Notes: generated by a model not told the origin, from the letters alone. Positions 49,797 through 64,000 are shown, counted from the stretch's first letter. The stretch: 64,000 bases of DNA from Balanoglossus misakiensis (GCA_040954595.2 CM082589.2:11544894-11608893); one strand, 5' to 3'. Translations and numbers: made by a program.

Positions 49797-51267
49797 GGTT
49801 GTTGATTGGAAAGTGGGCAGAGCCTGCAAGATCCAGGGTTCGCTTGACCGGCCAAACACGGTTATTCTCCCTGGACCAAATCATTTAAGCGTCAGGCGTA
49901 ATACATCACATAATTGACTGGAAAACTAAACAGTCTTCCACCTATATATCAACACAGTTTATTAAACCTGCACCCGCGCAAATATTTACAAGTATATGAT
50001 TAAAATTGATCAAATCATTAATCGCACGGTTACAGCTGTCATAGTTTCTAATAATATTATTCACTGGTAGCGCTGACATACCATGTTGAAACTTGTCGCG
50101 GAAAACAAGATAATTGATCTTACGGTGTCATTTGTTTTTAAAAAGTGCTTAATAACTATTGATCCCATTGATATATTTTTCCATATTGATATATTTTTCG
50201 CAAATTTTGACTGCTTGGGCTACTAATAGCATGGTGATCACAATGGATTTACCACCTCCCAGCTGCGTTATAAAAGAATGCCTATTCTGTGGACACTAGC
50301 CTCATCGAAGACCGAACGTGTTCATCGATGTTTCCATTCATGACGAACTCCAATGCAGGCGTCGCAGTCATTCTGGCTTTCACGCTGGGGCACCTCTGGT
50401 GACAGCAATTCCCAACAAGTTGCGGGTAAGTAATCACACAACCTATATGAGTGAAAGTTTCTTGTCATTTTCGCAACGTCAAGGTTGATATTCTCTTCTT
50501 GGATCGAAAATGTGTGACACAACAAATGAATCTGCGTGGCAGGGTCGGCTGTGTCTTTTGCTTCGAGGCATAGTCGTCAGACACACATCCCTAAGACGCG
50601 AAGCCAGCTTATCCTTTGATCAAATGGCAGCGCTATTCTAAATATTTTACAGCATGCCGTAAAGGACAAACACGTGCCGCTGGAAGAGGCCAACACTCAG
50701 CAGAGACGGCAATATGTTAACGGAGGTGAGCCCCAACAATAAATTAATATTGTTCCTTTTATTTAGAAAACGCCGCATAATTAGCCAACCAATCATGGTT
50801 ATGAGAAACCTCCAAAATACAATGTATCGATATTTACTGCATCTGTTCATACTTCGCCCGCGCTTTAAAAACCCTATAGCTGCTAAAATTGGCATATTTT
50901 TTTCCAGAGTAAAATACTTCATATGTATATTCCCTATTCCCTAAAATCTTCACCCGTGACCATTAAGCCATATTACTTGCATTTGCATTGGTTTGTCATC
51001 ACTTGGCGTCGCATTTCACGATAGCTGCTTAGCTGCTATTGTTTGTATGAAGGCTTATTAAATCGGTGAGGCACCGTTTTAATACATAGCATGTTCCAAT
51101 TGCAACATGCAGTCACAATCGGGCATCGATAAGATGTTTATGTATACCTATCAGTAAGCTTATTTTGATGAACCAATTTAAGTTGGAAAATAAAATCATG
51201 AAAATAATGCAAAAAGTGGCAGCTTTGGAGGCTTTAAACTACAGTTCTCCCAAATTGTCTTGACTAA

Positions 51268-51418
51268 ATGACATACATGTGGTCAAAAGTTCTGACTGCA
51301 GAAGAGGTTGCAGCTGTGGCGGGGGACTGTTCAATTGGAGGAAATATATTTACATGGAATAAAGACAATATTGAAATGGCAGCAGAAATAGTTCCTACTG
51401 AAAAGAATGCTATCTGCA
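51268..51418 (+). pseudogene. Orphan pentraxin-domain exon fragment
   Basis: YMWSKVLTAEEVAAVAGDCSIGGNIFTW...ICS followed by a gtgagt donor; 5' side joined to repeat DNA. Confidence 0.65.
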
Positions 51419-51961
51419 GTGAGTATCACGACTTTAAAATGAAAGATTTTGCAAATTTAAAAAAAATATTGAGTGTTTTGACATGCGTCAGTGGTCAGTA
51501 ACACACAAGCTGCATGATAAGAGGGTCACGAGAAATTGTAAGCCGCAATGTATAATGGATTAACTCCATGACCTATGCGACCTACGAACTGTGACGTACA
51601 GAATTTATTTCTACGTGTAATGCGGTCAGCGGCAGTGAGCCACAGACCGCATTGCGAGAGCAGTGAGAATTCACCACAATGCAAACTTTCTGAACGTAGG
51701 TTGATCTTCGAATGAAATATTACCTTGTCACCAGTTTTCCACATGGCTACACTGTAAAATTGGGTGACGTGTTCGTTCACAAGTGGAATAATTGTGAGTA
51801 GTAATAAAGCACACGAAGTTAAGCAACGAGCACTTTTTGAAATGCGCGCAGATGATCCCAGTTTAGCAAATTCAGGCCATTGCGTGCATGCAAAAAAAAT
51901 AATATTGTACCGGGGGTGAGCCTACTTTCTTTCCATACAGATACACGTATATGTTGGTTAA

Positions 51962-52756
51962 GATGGGTCCCTAGGATCTTTTTGCTCGTTGCTATGGGCC
52001 TTTATAGGACACTACACTCAATTTTGATCGAAACCGTTATGAACGTCCGACAAGGGGCTTGTAACTAGTTAAAAATACGCACGATTGTGTGCACACCCCC
52101 TGTCCGAGTATGGTTACGGCAGCTACCGCCCGGCCATAGGCCGCCACGCTAATACGGCAAAGCAGCGGTCAGCGATAGCGTGCGCGTCCTGTAACCACAG
52201 TAACTGGATCGAACGCTAAAAATCCAATGTTTTGTACACAGAGATTTTGTACCGTTCACGAAAATCCCTAAGGCTTTTTTCATAGGCCACGTACGCCAGC
52301 CAAATTTGACCTGCTTGTTGAGAACGCACTTCCGCATAGTGTGACGGATCGTTTTTTCGGTTTTCGTCGTGCTAAGAAGCGATACCGGTGGAAGAGTGCG
52401 TCCAAAAACACCCAAAATCGATGACTTTTTCAGGTGTGGTACGGGTATGCTGAAATCGTAGGATACAACGATAATATTTGAAAACAAAATCCGTCACGAT
52501 CTTCCCTGGTTCAAGCAACTAATGAATACGCATCAAGTTCGTTTTTGAGGTCACGGAATAAAAAGCCTTAGGCTTTTGAAATTTGACCTAGCTAATTTGC
52601 ATATCAATGGCGTCAGGGGGCGCGCGCTCACAATCGTGCAGATTTTCAACTAGTTACCAGCCCCTTGTTAGACTCTGAAAACGGCTTAGTCCAAATCGGG
52701 GTGTAATGTCCTATAAAGGCCCATAGCAACGCGCAAAAAGATCCCAGGGACCCATC
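51962..52756. mobile_element. Kolobok-type non-autonomous DNA transposon with about 140-bp TIRs
   Basis: TTAA-GATGGGTCCCTAGGATCTTTTTGC ... GCAAAAAGATCCCAGGGACCCATC-TTAA. Confidence 0.85.
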
Positions 52757-53739
52757 TTAAGGTATGTGACAAACAGTTTTCATGTAACAGCCAGTGATGC
52801 TGACCATAAAACCAGCGCAGCTGATGCTTTCATCTACAATTTGCAACATGGACGTTTGTGTCTCTGCATGTGTCGTGCATGTTACTGCTGAACAAAAAAG
52901 ATATGCGGGCACCACAGGCTGGCGAAAGCGGTGCTCACATGCTCTGCAAGCTGATGTTGTCACTAAATTGGCAAAGTATTGTACACATGGAGGAGTTTCT
53001 TGAGCTGTCTGTTGTATAAATGTCGGTTGTGAGTACATTATTTTTTATTTTTTTTAAATAATTTTCAAAGCCCCTATGATTGAAGCATATTATTACGACT
53101 CATCCGTTCATCATTCATTCATTCATTCATTCATCCATTCAGTCAGTCACTGTACCAATTGAAGACGCCCTTGTATAGGAGAATTTAGCTATGTACTGAC
53201 TGTCTTTTCATTTTTAGGTCCCATTGGTATAGGCCTATATACCATGGGACCTTATGGGATGGGTTGCGTCTGTATGGATGTATGTATGGATGTATGTCTG
53301 TATGTCCGTCCACATCAAAAACTTGAAAACCGCTGCGCGTATCACCTTGATATTTGGTGTGCAGATGCAGGCAGGGCTGTAGATGGGAGTTTGTCCAAAC
53401 GAAGTTGCCAGGCCCAAAAATATGCAAATTAGCCAGTAATATGTGAAATTTATCAAAACTCTGAAAGTCAACAACTACTGGTCAGATTGCTTTAAAAATT
53501 GGTATGCATGTACCTTATGTCAACCTCACATCGACCTGTAAGTGTTAAGTTAATATCATGGATGTTTTATTTTTTATAAATTTTTTAGTCTTTTTATTAA
53601 ATTTATACCTTTACTTATACCTCTATGGTTAAGCTATGTCCACGTCTTATTGTGGAATTCTGGTCTGTGCAATAGTCCTGTACAGTGACTGTCTATTGGT
53701 CAGTGAGCACAATGGGGCCAAAATAAAAGGCAAATTTTT

Positions 53740-54410
53740 GGCTCACCTGTAACACCTGCTTAACACATTAATTATGTGCATACCTAATTCCGGGCTAACT
53801 AATAGGGCTTACGCTAGAGGTTTCGTTCTTGTGGGACATGGACCAGTATAGGGTCAAAATTTCTTGCCCAAATTTTGGGTGACCTCAGGTGACCTTTGAC
53901 CTACTTTCCTATATCTCGGCATCCAGAGCAGGTACAGACTTGGCGTTTGGACGGTTGGGACTAAAATTGAAAAGCCAAAATATGGGTCACCTGTGACACC
54001 TGCATATCTCATTAATTATGTGCAAAGCTAATTCCAGGCTAACCAATAAGGCTATAGGTTTGGTTTTTATTGAACATTGACCATTATAAGGTCAAAATTT
54101 CTTGCCCAAATTTTGCATGACCTCAGGTGACCTTTGACCTACTTTATCATATCTTGGCATCCAGAGCAGGTACAGACTTCGCGTTTGGAGGGTTGGGACT
54201 AACATTGAAAAGCCAAAATTGGGGGTCACCTGTGACACCTGCATATCTCATTAATTATGTACATACCTAATTCCAGGCTAACCAATAAGGCTATAGGTTT
54301 GGTTTTTGTTGAACATGGACCAGTATAAGGTCAAAATTTTATGCCCAAATTTTGCATGACCTCAGGTGACCTTTGACCTACTTTTCCATATCTTGGCATC
54401 CAGAGCAGAT
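53740..54410. repeat. About 240-bp tandem repeat, nearly 3 copies
   Basis: TCACCTGTRACACCTGC...GACCTCAGGTGACCTTTGACCTACTTT...GGCATCCAGAGCAG; related to 16940-17240 and to the 45.2/46.1-kb IRs. Confidence 0.9.
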
Positions 54411-56939
54411 ATGCTTATTGCTATGTTGCTATGTTTTATGTCCTCAAATGGGACCACAGTGTCCTTGACGCTATTTTTACTTCATCCTATAGAATCTACC
54501 GACCTGGTCGCTGTCAATAACAATTCAACTCCTTAAACATCCTGTGTGTGTGAAGTCTATGAACACTGGCCATGCATTTCAATTCAAGGACAAAATGAAT
54601 GCGCAATATTTCGTTTTATCGAGAGTAATGTGCAGTGATTAAATTTGCTAGGGCTCTCTTAGCAGATTTGGAGATAGTCATTTTGGTAGAAACTTTTCGA
54701 GATGGGAAATCTTTGGTCATCTAACCAAGTTATTTGTATTTTTGTTATATAAGACAGAGTCATTTCTATATCATAGATGCAAAATTAATTTATAACATGA
54801 ATTTGAATAAATATTTTTTTTTAAATATCACCACATGAATTTGAATAAAATATTTTTTTTAAATATCACCAGATTGAAATCTTTGGAAGTTTGCACTTAG
54901 AGGGATGGCATGGCAGTTTTCCACTGTTCATATTACAAAGAATTTGGCGTCACGTGTAGATTTCATGAGTGTTCGAGTTTTGCTCTTCCCAGCCTCGTAC
55001 CCACAATCCTCTGATACTTACACTTACGTCAGTTCTATAGCCGCTGACCCACTAGATTCTCCTTATGAATTGCCCAAATTATTTTTTGGTGTAGTTTTGA
55101 TAGTTGGTGCACGGAAACTTTTGATCGATTCACGAAATTCAAAATATGTTACATCACAAACCTCATAAAATGGAGGCTAGAGTAGCCTGTTTGTTTTCAG
55201 GTAATTTTACAATTACCTCAATTACCTTTTTTCGAGGGAGGGGGTTAAGAAAACATACAGATTGAAATAACAAGGAAGTGGTATATCAAACCGAAACCTT
55301 ATCTCAATCGTGATTCTAGCGTGTTTCCATGTCATGTGACATCCACAAAAATGTGGTATTATCTTGAAAAGAGTCCCGATTTCCCAAACTGGTTTTGCAA
55401 ATGTACTTCACTTTGGAGCAATGCATGAGTACATTCGTAGAAAGATATTGCTCCACTATTTACTGACACTCCTCTTTTACTGCAAATATTACTGCATTCT
55501 GTCAGGGCAAGACAAAAGACACAGCAGAACTGCCAGTATTAAAACAGACAACTGGCAATTTCAATAAAACATGTAATAACAAATATATGTAACATTGAAT
55601 GAGGTGTCCATACAGCTTGGTCATTTAAAGACCTCCAGTCATTGTGACAATGCATAAATATTTATGTACACCATGTTAAAAATTAGTTCAGGCATACCTT
55701 ATACATGTATGTTTTTGACGGACCATATCCTCAGCACGCCCTTTTTTTTCAAAAAGACTATCATTATTCTCTGCCAGGCAGAGAGTTGCCGCTTTCTTGT
55801 TAACAATAATATACTATTATAACATTGCATAGATTCCTGTTTGTTTCTGTCCATATCTCACAAACTGTGGTGTGTATACTGTTGAAATGACCTCAAGAAG
55901 AAAATGCCAAATGGAAAAATATTTGACATACTAACCTGTATGATAATGTTATACGGTACATTATATTTAACGGTTCCAATCCAATGTTGAGAACTAAGAA
56001 AACAATTTGAGCAGAATTCATTTAAAATTAATTGCAGTTCCGTTTCACCGCATTTCATAGGATGCTGGCTAAAATTCATAGTATGGTGGATTACCTGTTA
56101 TGCATTTCTTTCCCTATTTCGTCTGGCAGATTTGAGTTTGACAAGCTGTCATTTTCCTTTCAGCTCCGCAAAATTGATGGATTTACTTTGACAGCACACA
56201 GACTGTCCATTTGTCATCGGAGATACAAGCAGCATCAGGTGCTGAACAGCTTGCAGCAGTGTTGGAAAAGAGTACACCACACTAACTTGCAAGAGTGCTT
56301 TGGCCCTTCCTTCACACTGTCCGAAACTTGTTGTGTTACATCATTGCTTAATGAATAAGAAATACACAGGTATTTAGCGTTCCATTCAATACCTACAATA
56401 GATAAAAGGGTGTCGGTCTGTATGCGACAATCTTCAATGTTCTTATGAGCACAAGGCTTTATTCAGGGAACGTTTTACAGTAAGAATTATATGATATAAA
56501 CTGAATAAGTTTGTTGTCTGTCAACTCTTCTGTCTTTGTCTTACCGATACGGTTCTAACCGCGAACACTGAGGCTTCTCTGCTCGTAAACAGTATAAATC
56601 AATGGATGATAAAATGCGCCCTTTTTTGGTGAACTCTTCCTACCGCCCGACCTTCTACCTTACATTAAGGCATGTAGGGCGGTCAGGTAGATGGCAGTGT
56701 ATTGCAAGCGTCTCTTGCATATTTTTTTCCGCCAGGAATGGCATACATTCGTTTTTGGCGACACCACAACTGCTGGAACTTCTCGAAAAATTGAGAGCCG
56801 GATTTCATAAATGCTCATGTTTTCCGAAGGGCTGAAAGAAGATCCAGAGTGGAATATTTAAATTTGCCTGTGGCAGACATCATAGTGGCTGCCAGTTATT
56901 CTATTTCTTGTGCAAGAGATAGTATCTTGTTCCAGCGAG

Positions 56940-57065
56940 ATGAATTCTCGTGTGCACGAGAAACATGCTATCTCGTGCATATCTCGTGCGCACGAGAAAA
57001 TTGCGAGCGCACTCGTGTTCACGAGAAAATATCACATGCACACGTCAGTCGTGCGCACGAGATAA
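56940..57065. repeat. Cluster of TCTCGTGCGCACGAGA-type palindromes (likely a MITE end)
   Basis: Five to six imperfect copies read directly. Confidence 0.7.
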
Positions 57066-58125
57066 AAAAATGTGCCCTGTAGTCTTTCTTAGGACATGGT
57101 AGCGTGACGTCGCATTGTAATTAACGGACGATCTTGGAAATTCGGCTATTAATGGTGAATGGACTTTCGCCTCCTTCGAACAACAACAGAGACTGACGTC
57201 GCAACAATGACGGAAAAAGTGAAGCAAATGGCCGACAAAACGAAGAGAATCGGAAAACGGGCAGGATCCTCGGCACAGACATCTGAGAATAATACCACCA
57301 CATCAAATAGAACGACGAGTAGTGCAGGACAAACCGCCACCAGTGACTATGACAACAAGTCTGAAGGCGATGCTGGCGAACCCTTGCACAATACAACTAC
57401 AGTCCTACAGAGAAATGCAGCCCAGCGCCACTCAAGATTTTCCATTCCTGGTCTGGCAACAGCCAAAATATGTTGTTGTTTTTTCTCTTAGAAGCGACCT
57501 CAGTCTGAGCTGCATGAGAATAAACTGTAGGTTGGGAATACTTGGAATTTAGCGAGCTCAACAAAAAAACACGCAGTCGCTGCGGTCAACACGTAGCTAT
57601 TAGTTTCGGTTTTATGTTCGCTACAGCTCGGAAACCAAAATGTGGTACAACTTCAAGCTACATAAACTGGAAAGCATAGTAGTGCAGAGCAGACCATGGT
57701 GACGAAAGCAGGTATTCTAGGTCGTAAGATAAAAACACGGCGCTAGAAAAACAGTCATCAAAAGTTGCACGTGTTCCCCGGCCACAGAAAGTCCAGTCGA
57801 TAAACGTTTACGCTATAGAAACTCACTCTCTCAGCAAAAGTCTGACACCCTCGTCAATGACAAAACGCAAACCGAGCTGGGTATGATCAAGTCAAACATA
57901 GGGCCAATCCCCACTCTGTGTTTTATTATTTTCCACATACGATGGTTCTAAATAAAAATGTACCTATTTGAAATGCTTACCGAGGTAAGATCATTGAAAG
58001 TTTTCAAACGTTGATGACAAATGTATAACTGATTTTTTACAAATAAATAATCGCGCACTTGCATGTTATTTTCTCTATACCAGATACCGCGCGCGCGCCG
58101 TTGGCAAAAAAAAACGCGGAAAATT

Positions 58126-61100
58126 ATTGAGCATGCGCAGTCAATACTTCACATTGTAAACAAGATGGCGTCGCTGCCTATGCTTCTGGACCGTTGTCGC
58201 CTGACTATGTCGGCAAAGAAGAGACGAATTTAACCATGCAACGCCATATCGGAAGATAGAATGGTCGCGAGATGAAACTGGGCTATCCAACGATTAGGCA
58301 GCCATGTTGACTGATTGGTATGTCGCCGAAGTAATTATTTGCCATTGATTTGTTTACCAGAAACGGTTTGCCTTTGAAACACATTTGGCCTCACCGAAAT
58401 TGATTTCAGAGGTTTTTTCCCAAAAACTAATGACGTTCGTTTTCACCTGAGTGCGAGGATGGATTGAAGGGACACACGCTTTTGTAGCCACCAATATTTT
58501 GACACTCTTTATATCAATGTTGAGCTGGCATATTTGCTCCAATATGATGTAGTGTACCTGTTGCATTGAAATGAAGCTGTAATAATATTACAGTGCAATC
58601 TAGTCCTTTGGGTTAATAGGAAAACGAGGTCAATAAATGACAGGTTTATTTAAATACAGGATATATTTATCACAAGCACTTATGCATATGTATGAGATAC
58701 TTATTTATTTTTAATTATTTTTTATTTTTTATTTATTTTGTACGTTCAGGTAATCAAATGGATTTGTATGGAATCACATACAAATTAATTGAAGACTATC
58801 ATATCACAGAAGTCGAGCCGCCAGATGTGTAAGGTAACCATTTAGGTTTCATGACTAAGTTTGTTTAAGAATTCATAAAGCTACCCAATGAATGAATTTC
58901 CTTAAAATTTCACAAATGTGACAGAGTTTGCAATTGTGCAAGAAAGTGTGTATTATTCACATAAGAATTTTTTCGTATGCATTTTTCTGATGGCAATGCA
59001 TTTGACTGTAAACAAATATGGATGTCAGTTAGTAGTGCTATTTTGTCAGTGAAATGGCTTCATCATCATCCCTCCAACCAAAGTTGAAACAGAGTTGCAA
59101 ATATTGCACAGCTTGAAATCATAAAATGTTGCAAAATTGAACCAACCGTTTGGTCAACGATTATGTTCTTACAGCAATTATTAGAACCAGACAGTCTCAG
59201 GGAACAAGAGACATGGGCCTGATTTGCAAGTTGAGTTAGAACTGCCTTTGCCTGCCCACGGACGCCCCAATTTCAGCAAAAATTATTGCATTAAAATATG
59301 AGTATGGAGAACTATGCTCTGTGTTTCTTTTGTTAGCTTACATAGCTGTTGTCATTCTAGTTTTTCCTCTGTCCTGTGAGCAGAGTTTCAGTTGCGAAAA
59401 CTGACAGTTCTCAAAGTACAAAAGTACACCTAAATTGCCTCGGTGATGAGCATGCAGAATTTATCTGATGCTTCTTACTGGCAGAAGGACCCCACCAGTT
59501 GCAGATTGTGAATTCCATGGCACAAGGGAATTTACGCTTTGCGTTCAAATATAAATAATTAAATCCTGTAAAATTTTTCTATATGTTATTTATTGATGAT
59601 TCAAAAGTGTTATGACTGATTGTGTTAGAGTACCTGTATTCCATATAAGCATGCTGTCAGTGCACATCCTATTGATAACAATTTCACATTTTTAAAAATT
59701 TGCTTCTCTGAATAATTATGAATACATAAAACTTCATATGATATAAATTGTCCTGATATCGTAAACATTAAACCCCGATGCGTGGTATAAAAGACCACCC
59801 AAATCAGTGGCGAATCTTAATGCCGTTTGACTGACAACAGACAACACCAATGATCTTGGCTCTATGAAAATCGGCCCAAACAGATCCAAGCATAAAGAAT
59901 TACACCACACAACGACAGTGGTTGGCTTTATAAACACACACAACATAAAGTTATCGATGAAAAAGTACACGAGCTTTTGAAACAACGATGATTTTGGGAG
60001 AAATCTGGTTTCAGTGCTTTTCAGAAGCATCCCTGGGAAACAATAACCACACCATTCAAACAGCTGTCAATCGCATAGAGGTGTAAAGTGTTCAATTATT
60101 TTCTATGTACATGAGATCAATTACACAGTTATTATGCATGACGACCACTCCCAAATAAACAACTGTACAAACACACGTTAATCCGAACCCCAGTGCTTTC
60201 CGCACCCGGGTTTAAGGCCTAATGCTAGTGTCACAACATTGATTACCAGACCGTTTCCCTCTGTATGTATGTATGTATGTATGTATGTATGTATGTATGT
60301 ATGTATGTATGTATGTATGTATGTATGCATGTATGCATGTGTTTGTGTGTGTGTGTACATGTGTGTATGCATGTTACATGTATATATGGATGTATGTCTG
60401 CCCTGATCCAAAACATGAAACCACTTCGCGTATCACCTTGATATTTGGTGTGTAGATGGGATTTTGCTTAAATGAAGTTGTCATTGCAAAAATACGCAAA
60501 TAACCTGTGAAATATGTGGAATTGATCAAAACTCAACAACTGGTTAGACTGCTTTACACATTTGTATGCATGTAGGTAATGTCATCATACCTGATATACT
60601 TTGAGTTTATATCGTGAATTGTCTATTTTTTATGCAATTATTTTGTCTTGTTTTACCATTTGAAAAAAAAATCTTTTCCTCTTAAAGAGATTGGCTGATT
60701 TCTTTAGAATTTAGTATGACACTTCCGGTAGGTGATCTTAGTTAGTTTTGTTTAAATTGTCGCAGAATTTGTAATCTGTCATGTTTGGTCAAAATTCATT
60801 TTCTGAGAAACTCCTTAGATTGCTTTCAAATTTTGGTATGCTTGTTCCAAGAGGTAACCCAAGTAATGTTGTATATCATTTTGGTGAAATTTACATATTG
60901 TGGTCTTGGGGCAATTTTTGCAATTTGTATTCTTTGAAACTACTAGTCAGATTGCTTTCAACTTTGGTAGGCGTGGTGATTGAAGTAGATATTATACAAT
61001 TTGTTGATAGTTGGATATATGTGGTTTGAGGCAGTTTTTGTCATTGTTGAATGTTGTTTTCCCTAAAATACTTGTCTGGTTCCTTTGAAATGTTCTTACA

Positions 61101-64000
61101 GTAGGTCATATCTGCTTGCCAATGTCACATGATTTTTCCCATGAACACAGACATACCTAATTTTGTGTAATCCCCAGATGGGACCACAGTGTGTAATAAC
61201 CTGACCAACAGTGACTAGTATATCCTGTGTGTTATACAGTACTTCTCACAAGGTTGAAGTACATGTAGACTGTTGATGATTTTTTGCGATTCTTCAGAAA
61301 CTTACAATACAGAGTCTAATGTGGTAACGTCCTTGGTCACATTCAGAACTACCTAGTCTATGCCCGGCAGTGTTCTGTCCGCTTTGCTTCCAAAACTAAT
61401 GTCTGGCCTCACTCATGCCACTTGCCCAATAAACTAATACCCCTTGCTGGGAATTATGATGTAACTAGCGTCGCTTTGAAGCCTATCACATTACTGAACA
61501 GTGTTGATTTGGTGTAAGATTATAGTGAAGGCAGGGCTTATTACATTGAAAATGCTACCCAACCTTAATTACACGTATGTATATCATTTGTCTAATCATT
61601 GGAAAAACAATGTACATGTACCAAAGACTAAGTAGCTATTTGAAGGTGAATCGCAAGTGGGCACTTTCATTACTTAACCTCAAGCAGTCGGTAAGCTACC
61701 GTATACTAAGACAAACATTCCTGGTGTAATTAACATCACTGTCATTAGTAATATCTATCTCCAATCAGTATCAGTTCTGCCTTTATGTTATTTTAAGTCA
61801 ATTGTCAAGGTTCATGTACATATATTACAGCTTAACTGTCTTGTCAAAAACTTACGCATGTACATGTACCTAATTCTAGGCTTACCTGTAGGGTTAGAGA
61901 TACAGTGTTTTATATTAATATGCATTAATATGAAACTAAAATTTGATGGTTAATTTAAGACCCCCCTGAGCAATGGTAACCTCGTTAAATATGTGCATAT
62001 CTAATTCTAGGCTATTCAGCTGAAGTAGAAACCTGGACATGGACAACTTCGGGGTCAAAATCTTTTGACAAACATTTGTGTGATCTTGGGTAAACTTTGA
62101 CCTACATTCCTATATTTTAGCATCCGGAGCAGATACAACCTTGACACTTGGAGTGATGGAACTATTTGATTGAGTACTATGTCTTGCCTCATTAATTATG
62201 TACTTACCTAATGCCAGCCTAACCAATAGGGCTGGAAGTCTGGCTTTTTGGACATGATAAATTTGAGATCAACATTTTTCTACAGCAGCCAGCCTTCTCT
62301 TAAAAAGAATGGACAATATAAAGGCTTTGATGGTATACTGAACTTTTGACTCCCTCCCTGAGACTGTGTGCCAATGACGGGATAGCCTACTCAGCGTTGG
62401 GTAGATCCTAAGAAGGCCTCAGCCAGGCATCAAATACAAAAAGCAGAAATCCAAGCTTTAATGGTGGGTTACATCGTTAACTTCCCTGCAGAGCTGATTT
62501 CTCAGACTGTGAGCCAATGACGGGTAAAGCCCCTAGGTAGGGGCCACCTAAGACAGGCTGGTCATGCTTTAATCACAAAGAAGGGCAAGTTCAGTCTTAC
62601 CACAACTTTGTCTGCTGTATATGCTTCATAAAGATTGCAGAGTATTTTGAGAATACATTGTGTTAAGGCAGTGTGACCAGCTAAAAAGTACTGGCAAACA
62701 CAGCCAATGTGTAATGAAAAACATCTAATTTGGCTGAATAAAAGACATAAAACACAGCAAAAGCACTGTGACTAGCTGAGACATAATACTCCATTATGCA
62801 GTTCCATCACTCCAAGTGTCAAGGATGTATCTGTGCCGGATGCCAAGATATAGGAATGTAGGTCAAAGTTTACCCAAGATCACCCAACATTTTGTCATAA
62901 GATTTTGACCCCAAAGTTGTCCATGTCCAGGTTTCTACCGCAACTGGATAGCCTAGAATTAGATATGTACATATTTAATGAGGTTACCATGGATCAAGGC
63001 AGTCCTAAGTAAACCATCAAATTTTTAGTTTCATGTTAATTCATGTTAATATAAAACGCTGTATCTCTAACCCACTGGTATGCCATTCTGTGTTTCATGC
63101 TACCCAATATGGGTAAGTAGGTAAAAAGTCACCCTAGGCCATTTGAAATTTTCCTGAAAAAATCTCGTCTCTTACATATGTACATTTGGTAAAAGGGAAA
63201 TTTTAATCACGGAGTAGAACATATTCATAAAAAATATTTGAGGGAAAGAAGGAAGTTTTTCATAGCTTTGGTGCTTCAAATAGTAGAGAGGTTCCCTTGT
63301 TATCCTTAGACTCAAACTCAGAGTTTCCAATCTTTCAGTATTTTCATGATATTACTTTCCATCTTAGATTTGTTCATCTAAACAAACTGACTGATAGGTA
63401 TACATGAACATTTTATTGACTAATGAATGTGCCTGTATGTTGCCATTTAAAAAAGTCAGATATTAAACGAGCGCCACACCTGTTTTAATCAGCCTCCATA
63501 TGGAGGGTACACATCGCAGAGAGATGACAAACCCCATGCAAATTCAAGTAATATGGCTCAATGTTGCTGATTTTAAAGGATAGGTGGATGATTTGAAAAA
63601 TGTTATTGTGGAAAAAGATGTGTAAAATTTGGCAGCTTGTGAGGCTTTAATTGTAAAATCTTTGAAATGTGTTTTACTCTTTAGGTCCAATTTCGTATAT
63701 GTCAATATACCATTGGGACCAATGTGAAATTGTTCTAAACTCAGAAACTCAAGAAGGTACTGGTCAGATTGCTTTAGAAATTGGTGTGTATTTATGTTAT
63801 TGAGACTTTATACAGATTTTGTTTTTCATTTTTGAAGTATATTTTTGGGGTGATTTTGGTCGTCATATACTCAGAAACCTCTACCCACATTTTTTTTAAA
63901 ATTTGGTTTGCATGTTCTTAGGTGTGATTTTATGACAATTTAACAAACCCAGTGATGGAAGTGACAATATTGTTTTTTTTTTTTTTTGGCAATTTCTGCC
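58126..64000. repeat. Right arm of the large inverted duplication (may extend beyond the window)
   Basis: Begins ATTGAGCATGCGCAGT, the reverse complement of 49781-49796. Confidence 0.9.
60262..60380. repeat. (TGTA)n/(TG)n microsatellite
   Basis: Direct reading. Confidence 0.95.

Noticed and set aside
57159-57491. 110-aa S/T-rich ORF
   Set aside because: Low complexity, no recognisable domain or splice support.
62355-62560. SECIS, group I intron or H/ACA snoRNA reading of the duplicated motif
   Set aside because: SECIS spacing and apical AA are not met in both copies, P7 pairing is incomplete, and no H box was found; left as an unclassified structure.
17529-64000. Intact autonomous transposon or virus (Helitron Rep/helicase, Polinton, DDE transposase)
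   Set aside because: No HUH, helicase, polymerase, integrase or capsid motifs were recognised in any frame.

Overview
AT-rich, intron-containing animal genomic DNA. The repeat families and gene style suggest an invertebrate deuterostome such as a hemichordate; this is inference only. (1) 1-3.5 kb: a duplicated decayed-LINE block separated by an 82/86-bp minisatellite. (2) 8.1-16.7 kb, minus strand: the last 13 exons of an SVEP1/Uninflatable-like type I membrane protein (pentraxin, EGF, HYR, sushi, furin site, GCC2/3 repeats, EGFs, TM, NPxY tail). It carries one in-frame stop and up to three damaged splice sites. (3) 17.5-35.3 kb: a chain of alternately oriented, internally inverted copies of an intron-containing OB-fold (RPA/SSB-like) gene forming nested palindromes, together with a 309-bp satellite, a CR1/L2 LINE insertion and tRNA-like elements. 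(4) 35.3-36.8 kb: a GC-rich fragment resembling a TatD-associated retroelement ORF. (5) 44.4-64 kb: a second large inverted duplication (arms >5 kb, spacer 8.3 kb) whose arms carry an IR-flanked, unusually conserved, structured-RNA-like core. Many MITEs and Helentron-associated-like repeats are present. All alignments and identities were judged by eye; no searches were run.
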